The notes beneath the pieces are model-generated. The model saw nothing but the letters and a program-made list of their open reading frames with translations. It did not search any database and had not been told where the DNA came from. Below are positions 11,143 through 17,514 of a stretch of 17,514 nucleotides of DNA, piece by piece. Location: NCBI GenBank assembly GCA_905250055.1, contig CAJNOF010000358.1, positions 89,061-106,574 of the forward strand, written 5' to 3'. Within the stretch, counting starts at the first letter, position 1. Every line of letters starts with the position of its first letter. This DNA is from Rotaria sp. Its lineage: Eukaryota. The translations under genes were made by a program, and so were the position numbers.

Positions 11143-13150
11143 TTAATTTGTCAAAGTCTGAACACCATCTAAAATTCGTTGAATGCGTAAATCCGTTTTG
11201 CTTGTATCATAATTTAATTTATTTGGCACATACGCAAACGATAGTTGTTTGTCGGGACAGGCGAATGCAATACTTCCACCCCATCCTACTTAAGAGTAAA
11301 AGAAGCCAAGACTATAATGAAAACTGAGACTAGCTATCTTACCCCAATGTCCAAAACATTTCCCAAAGTCTTTCACTACCGTTGCATCCAACATATAACC
11401 GCCCTGACTAAACTTTGTTGTCATATAACCAAGAATTTGATCAGGTTCATTTTCAGGTGTATTATTCAATATTGCTTTTGCTAGAGTTTTAGATGTTAAA
11501 AGACTTTTCGTAAATAGTAATGAAGCATAAATTCGTGCTAATGATCGAGCATTTGTGAAACCATTTATAGGCGATAAACGCTTATCTTTGCTGTCGATAG
11601 GTGTTGATGGTATAAGACCATTTAGTGTGAATATTCGAGTATGCAATTGGCTAGTACAAAGAAACTGATTTCACATAAAGTTCATTCACTGCAAAATATA
11701 GCATCAGAGCTATCACAAATCAGTGAGAATTCGAAGTGAAATGAGCTTATGCCACTAAAATCAGATTGTTTTCGTTTTTGTGGAACTGCATAATTTTTCG
11801 TGGCATTGTCAGAAAACGATACACATGCTCAGCGCATGCTTAACGATAGAAAATACTGATAAAAGCATAGAATCTAAAAGAGACTCGATTGACATATTAA
11901 TTTTAGCATACAAAAAATGCCATGATGATATTTAGCATGAGCTTTTGCTGAACTTCTCAAAGACTGGACTATACCTTAATTCTGACTGATGTTCAGCAGA
12001 TCTCGTTTCTTGTGGTGGTATGCATGGTGACACTCGATGTTGATATTGGTCAGGCAAGCAGTTGCCCACATAATATTCACAGTCACCTATGACTTGAGCA
12101 ATTTCTTCTTGAATAAATTGCCCCATGGAACGATGTTTTACAATATCAACTCGACGAAGTAATTCACTCGCTAAATAACCAAAAGTTAAAGCATGATAAC
12201 CATGACCACCGACATCGGGCTCCCAGTATGGCTTTTGTTTGGCCAAAACATGAGTGATTTTCGTCGGATCTAAATTAAATTTGATATGAGAACTATCAAG
12301 TTTTTCCATCTAATCGACAGCTAATGCAAAATTGTGCTTAACGAATAATGGTGGTTTGAGGTGAGTGATGTCGCAATAATAAGTATACTTAAGACTCTGT
12401 TCTTTCCATTTTACTTTTTGCCATGTAGGCAAGAATAATGAAATGTGTGCGCATTGCATACTTGAGAGTTACTCTCGTTATTCGAAATTCTATTCTTCTT
12501 CGTATTGATCATCAAAACAATCTACTTATCCAATCCTTACCATCGAGAGTATCTTCGACCTTCAAAAGACCATTATCATCATCTATTACTACTAATCCTG
12601 CTCGATGTGACAATAAATCCTTGACTTTCACATTCTTCTTTCCATTCTGTTCGAATTCCGGCCAATATGTAGCTATTCGTTCTTCGTAATCTAACCACCC
12701 TCGTTCAACACATAGGGCTAGAGCCGTAGCCATCACACCCTTTCCTGTAGAATAAATCATTTGTAATGTATCATGAGTATATGGTCTAGTACAATTCTCA
12801 AAGTTAAACCATCCACCAGCTAAGTCAATAACGCATTCTCCTTGATAATAAATGCAAAGCGTAGCACCAATGTCAAGATGATCAATAAAATTTTGACGAA
12901 ATAAACGACGAATAACCTCCCATGAAGTAGCACAATGACCTGATATAGTGTATTCTTCATCGAACATACTAAGTTTTCTCTTAGAAACCCGAGTATATTT
13001 ACTTTTACAGTAAATGACTATAAACAAAATAGGTATAATAAGGACACAAAAATCACTGGGCGATCGTTTTCTTTCAATCAACGCATGATTGGATAGATGA
13101 CACCACACAAAAGTTACAAGCAACAAATCACATTGTACGACCCACCTCAT
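11143..13150 (-). CDS. Beta-lactamase-related serine hydrolase (class C / esterase-like fold), multi-exon. Approximate exons about 12523-13150, about 11975-12309, 11343-11650, 11143-11285
   Basis: IGATLCIYYQGECVIDLAGGW then IYSTGKGVMATALALCVERGWLDYEE (S-x-x-K) and VKDLLSHRAGL. The next exon has LAKQKPYWEPDVGGHGYHALTFGYLASELLRRVD, followed by NGFTNARSLARIYASL and FGHWG|WGGSIAFACPDKQLSFAYVPNKLNYDTSKTDLRIQRILDGVQTLTN*. Introns 11286-11342 (57 bp) and 11651-11974 preserve phase with GT-AG ends. The junction at about 12310-12523 and the N-terminus are not resolved. Confidence 0.85.
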
Positions 13151-14057
13151 TAAGAGATCAATTTTCTAAACGCATAAATCACATTGAGAAGAGAAGTACG
13201 TCTTGAGAAATTAAACTGTTTCGGTAATGAACTTCGACAATTTGAATTTTTCTCAATTTAATGACTGTTGATTTTCTCATGCTAGATTATCTTGTAAAAA
13301 ACCTCGCAATGAACAATAATATGATACCAATTTTTTTGTCTTTTACGAGACATAGAACATCTTTGTAGACAAGGTCTATGTCATTACTGCAAACATATTT
13401 TAGGCTATCAAAACAATATCTACAGTCGACCAAGACCGTGGAGATTTCTTATCGAATTTGAATTTCTGCTCAAATGTGTGTTTCATTCTTAACTATCTAC
13501 GACACAAGCCAGCCATAATGATGATCTTATTGGAATAGGCTTATGAACACGGATCCGTACACTCAGTAACTTGAAACACAATTATAGGTCTTGCAAACGA
13601 TAGAAATTTGTATGTTTGCATTCAACATCAAGAGATTTTTCAGTCGATGATATACGATCATGTTGCATTCTATTATCAATCATAGAGTAGTCCCAAATTT
13701 TTATGAGCACTAAATTTCCTTTGAAATCTTATTTTTGTTTAATACAAATGAAAAATACTGATGCAAGAAAAGGAGTTGGTGAAAGTACTCGAAAAACCAG
13801 ATAGCATCCATCAGATATTTCTATTCCGATGCATGAATTCATACTTCATAGACAAAGTTGACACTACATCTTCAATACTTGAAGATCGACCCTTGAATCG
13901 TAAAGTGACTGGGAGTCGGTAATGGGGGAAAGAATGTTGTACATTGTTCATTGTTGAAACAGTGATGACGAGTTGGATTGAATATTGTCGATTTGATGCG
14001 ATTTTTCGAGCATCCAACATAAAGAACAAAAGAATGAAAAACATATATTGTAGAGCA

Positions 14058-14103
14058 TAGGATGTGGGTGTTGGTGTGATAAAAGAGACATGCCCACATC
14101 TAT
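14058..14103. repeat. Short telomere-like inverted repeat (atag(g)atgtggg ... cccacatctat)
   Basis: Left arm ataggatgtgggtgttggtgtg, right arm cccacatctat. It pairs over about 11-12 bp with one indel. Confidence 0.65.
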
Positions 14104-15265
14104 AGGGACACAATTTTTTCAGTTTTGTATGCTTTTTCAACCAACATCAAGGGATACCAAACTTTGTCACAAGTAAAATGCAACTTGAAAAGCCTACATA
14201 CGTACTTTTGAAGCTAAAAGTCCAGTGACTGTAAATGAGGCATAAAATTCCGTCCCATAATTCCTCATGACAAACTAGTCAGGCTCACAAGAATATCTAT
14301 AAATATCTGTTTTTGAGATATGCTCCAGTTATTTGTATTCGACAGGATCCTTTTTACTTGAATAACTCTACATTTAATGAAACTACGTTTTAGTACTCAG
14401 TTTTGTATGCTGATTACGAATCTGAAACCATACTTTTGATTCGGATGAATATAAAATATGTCGTATCTAGGTTATGGGTCAGAATGGATAACGATATCCA
14501 TGAACATTTATGGTCTAGATTAACGTTCGCTACGAGAATTTTAATCTTCTGAGTTATTTCTCAAACGATGCAGAATTTTAAGAGCTTTCAGAAAATATAA
14601 AAATTATTTTGGAACAGCATGATTCAGTGTGGCTAGGATTAATATTCTGGAAAAGGTTCATTTTAACCAATGGTCATTTTTGCTCTTATATTAAGATTAT
14701 CAGTTGATGAATGGTATTGTAGAATACACCGAATTACCCAATTCTGTAGAGAAAACATTTCTGCATCTTTTAAAACGTCTCCAAACTCGAACGAATGTTC
14801 AGACGTAGAGAAAATTGTAAAATACTAAGATTAATAAAAAAAATCGTGATTTTTCTGACCAAGTCCCGAAAGATGTGTCACTTCATTGCTTGGGTATTGT
14901 TCAAGAAAACTCAGATAGAGCAAATATTTTGGATTTGAACTATTCTAATGATGATCTATCGTTTGAGATAATTAAATCGAAAACCAAACTTTTAGCAACG
15001 GCCATCTTGACAGGTGATCTCGCGCACTCTCTCTTAAGTGTTTTGGACTTTTGCTTGTGAAATGAGAAATGATTAATATATTTCTCTTTGAATATAATAA
15101 TGTCTACTAGAACAAAACACTTTCTCCTAGAAGTTGTCCGTACAATGAAACTGTTTGTCATGTCAGTTAATACGATTGACCATGTTCGGATCAAATTATC
15201 AATCTCAACAAAAAAACACTAGTCTAAAATATGAACTACTAATGGCGTGCCTTTACCCAGTTAGA

Positions 15266-15321
15266 GTGTGGGTGTGGGCACGGTTAAGGAGATGACCCAC
15301 ATCCACCTATATCCCACCCAC
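15266..15321. repeat. Telomere-like inverted pair, diverged C-rich arm
   Basis: gtgtgggtgtggg at 15266-15278, then cccacatccacctatatcccacccac at about 15296-15321. Confidence 0.75.
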
Positions 15322-15663
15322 AAAATAGTATTCTGTTGAAGGATCTCATTGATAAATATTCAATTTCTATATCAATATTCAATTCATTAATAGATATTTT
15401 TGGCTGTAACTGTGAATCTGACACTGGCTCCGGTTGTTGGCATGTGGATTAAAATCTTCTCTTCATTCACAGGCAAACTCACACCCAACGCATATGTACA
15501 TTCATACCCATCCTCTTAAATAGATAAATGTCGCACGGTTTTGACTGATGTTATTTCATCATAAATTTGGGTTTATTTTTTGCAAGATTGACGTTGTTTT
15601 AGTCACAATAAATTACAGCTCTTGAAAAGATCTTATTGAATGTACTATTCATTTTGTCTTTTG

Positions 15664-17514
15664 TTAAACCATCGTAATCGTCAAACAGGTGCAGAGAAAC
15701 ACTTTCTCCACTTGATCAACAATTGACTTCAAATGCTGATGTGTCTCCAGTAATTGTTTCATCTCAGTTGCCAATTCCATTTTAACGTCAATAGCAACAT
15801 CCTCCATATTCAATTCTTTTACATTAGGCGCCAATTGAAGCCATAGCATCAATGTTTTGCCATCCAATCCATTAGATGTATGGAATGTTTGACCGAAAGA
15901 ATTAAAATTAAGAGAATTCACATTAAATAATAATGGTGTGATTGTTTTCTTGGTAATTAACTACAAAGCAACAAATGATATGACAATGAAACTAAATACA
16001 ACTTTTTCGAAAATCTTATGACTTTGTTCAGTATGGCCAGCTAGTCTGATTAAACGTAGTTTTTGCTTCACTGTTGCAAAGTAAACATTACGAAGTCTTC
16101 TTATCTGCAAAACTCAATGTGAAGATACATATAGATTTTATAATCTTAAAGCTTAACGCTTGGCTAAATACAGTACACTGCTGAAATATGTTCATTGACG
16201 TGAAAGAGATTTTTCGATTTTACTCACATTAATATAGAGATAAACATGATGAATGACATTTTATAGGACATCAATTAAACGTATAATTCAAACTGATAAC
16301 ATTTCGAAAGAAACATGATTCTTTTCATTTGATAATCGCACAAGAAGAGGTCGCATTCGAGAAACTTACTTGCTCAAAAGGCATTTCCGACAAATCTAAT
16401 CCCCACAAACTAAAATTTAATATTTGATTGGATGTCTGAAAAATACGATCAATAAAACGTAAGAAATCGAGGGCAACTGGTTGTTGTGTATTGTTCGTAA
16501 AACGAATCGATTGCACTTTAGTGAAAGAAATGAGCGGTGAGTGAAGATTTCCCTTGCTCAATCGCCAATCTTTGATATCAGTTGGAAATAGATAAATAAC
16601 TGGAAAACTACATGGCATAGAACAAATCAAACTGTGGCCACTATCGTTGTGTAGACACAGTATAGGTGGCCGATGAATATCAAGCCACCAATCATTTTGA
16701 AATTGTTGTAATTGTTCATCAGCAGCAATGTTCAAACTCTTGTATTGAATGATCAAGGCGAGTTTTTTCAATTTTTGACACGATTGAAGTAATGATTCTA
16801 GACATCTTTCATCGATTCGACGACACGATTGAATACTTATGATTAATTTTACAAGGGAAGATCGATAACAATTGATCAATCTCCCCATCAGACTGTTTTC
16901 TTGATAATACCAATTTTTGCAATCGATATGCAATTGCCTCAGACATGTTGGCATATCGATGCGAGCTGTTATAGTTGAGTGATACCAATCAATGTAATTT
17001 GGACGATAGCTAACTATCTTCAGATAAACCAAATTTGGAGCAATAGCACAAAGGCACAATGCCTCATCTTCTGTGCATCGATCAGTTGTTAATCGCACAA
17101 TAGCTGAACAGGGTAACGTGTTCAGAATCGAATTTGTCTAAAATAAACATAGAGTCGTAAGACAATGTGAAGAATCTATTTGACGTACTATCTCTTTGGC
17201 AGAGAGTTGTCTCGTAAAGTATGACTTCCCATCTTCCTCATTAGACCTAAATATATTGCATAGTCGAAGTACATTCAAACATGAATTAATGATGTTCACA
17301 ATTGAATCATATCTGATTTGCAATACAACGACAAAATCATGCCGATAGGTGAGAATGACAGAATGAATGTTTGGAAATAAACATATAAATGGCAGTATGT
17401 TTGGCAATGACTCGACGTCAAAATGAATCTTCTCTATGACATTTACGATGTGGGGGACATGTTCAACGAGTGAATGTAATGATACGTTTTTCGGAAGTGA
17501 GAAATGACGAGTAG
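15664..17514 (-). CDS. Leucine-rich, F-box-family-like protein, multi-exon, 5' end outside the window. Exons >17514/17407-17189, 17137-16370, probable 16104-about 16018, about 15981-15664
   Basis: Splice-corrected join ...RQLSAKEI|TNSILNTLPCSAIVRLTTDRCTEDEALCLCAIAPNLVYLKIVS...CLRQLHIDC...CLESLLQSCQKLKKLALII...MPFEQ|, with GT-AG intron 17138-17188 (51 bp). The last exon follows a tttgtag acceptor (...NVNSLNFNSFGQTFHTSNGLDGKTLMLWLQLAPNVKELNMEDV...LLETHQHLKSI). The domain class is inferred from an LRR-like pattern. No F-box motif is visible in the window. Confidence 0.6.

Noticed and set aside
11245-11484. + strand ORF of 79 aa
   Set aside because: Antisense to conserved exons of the serine hydrolase (NGFTNARSLARIYASL and GHWG/WGGS).
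12438-12689. + strand ORF of 83 aa
   Set aside because: Antisense to the serine hydrolase exon encoding VKDLLSHRAGL.
13811-14140. Minus-strand ORFs 13811-14140 and 13872-14099
   Set aside because: Overlapping frames with no domain. They include the 14058-14103 inverted repeat and look non-coding.
14875-15194. Opposing ORFs 14875-15060 (+) and 14940-15194 (-)
   Set aside because: Short, mutually overlapping, no recognisable motif or splice context.
2717-15321. Interpreting the telomere-like sites as a true chromosome end or adaptor artefact
   Set aside because: Unique sequence continues on both sides of each site, and arms and loops differ between copies, which fits neither a terminal array nor a constant adaptor. 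A misjoin at 531-985 remains possible without reads.
1-17514. CRISPR array, toxin-antitoxin or phage-defence operon
   Set aside because: No regularly spaced direct repeats were seen. GT-AG introns and spliced domain joins indicate a eukaryotic nuclear sequence.

Overview
This is a eukaryotic, AT-rich, gene-containing window with compact genes and mostly short GT-AG introns. Content and style are suggestive of a bdelloid rotifer genome (inference). Supported genes, left to right: (1) a WWE plus NAD:arginine ADP-ribosyltransferase-like gene (about 1459-2519, +) whose catalytic E-x-E region is out of frame with the main ORF; (2) an acid sphingomyelinase-like secreted phosphodiesterase with saposin-B and metallophosphoesterase domains (3764-6005, +), for which I could place exons; (3) a single-exon F-box protein (8018-9079, -); (4) a beta-lactamase-fold serine hydrolase with several introns (11143-about 13150, -); (5) a multi-exon LRR/F-box-like gene entering from the right edge (about 15664 to beyond 17407, -). 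The most unusual feature is a recurring non-coding motif. At least four, probably five, separate intergenic loci carry a G-rich TGTGGG-type tract followed within a short distance by its C-rich complement. Two of them, 8.5 kb from two others, share an identical 13-bp inverted terminus GGGTGTGGGTGTG...CACACCCACACCC. These look like tiny head-to-head interstitial telomere-like hairpins or a very short inverted-repeat element family. I found no CRISPR array, rRNA or convincing tRNA.
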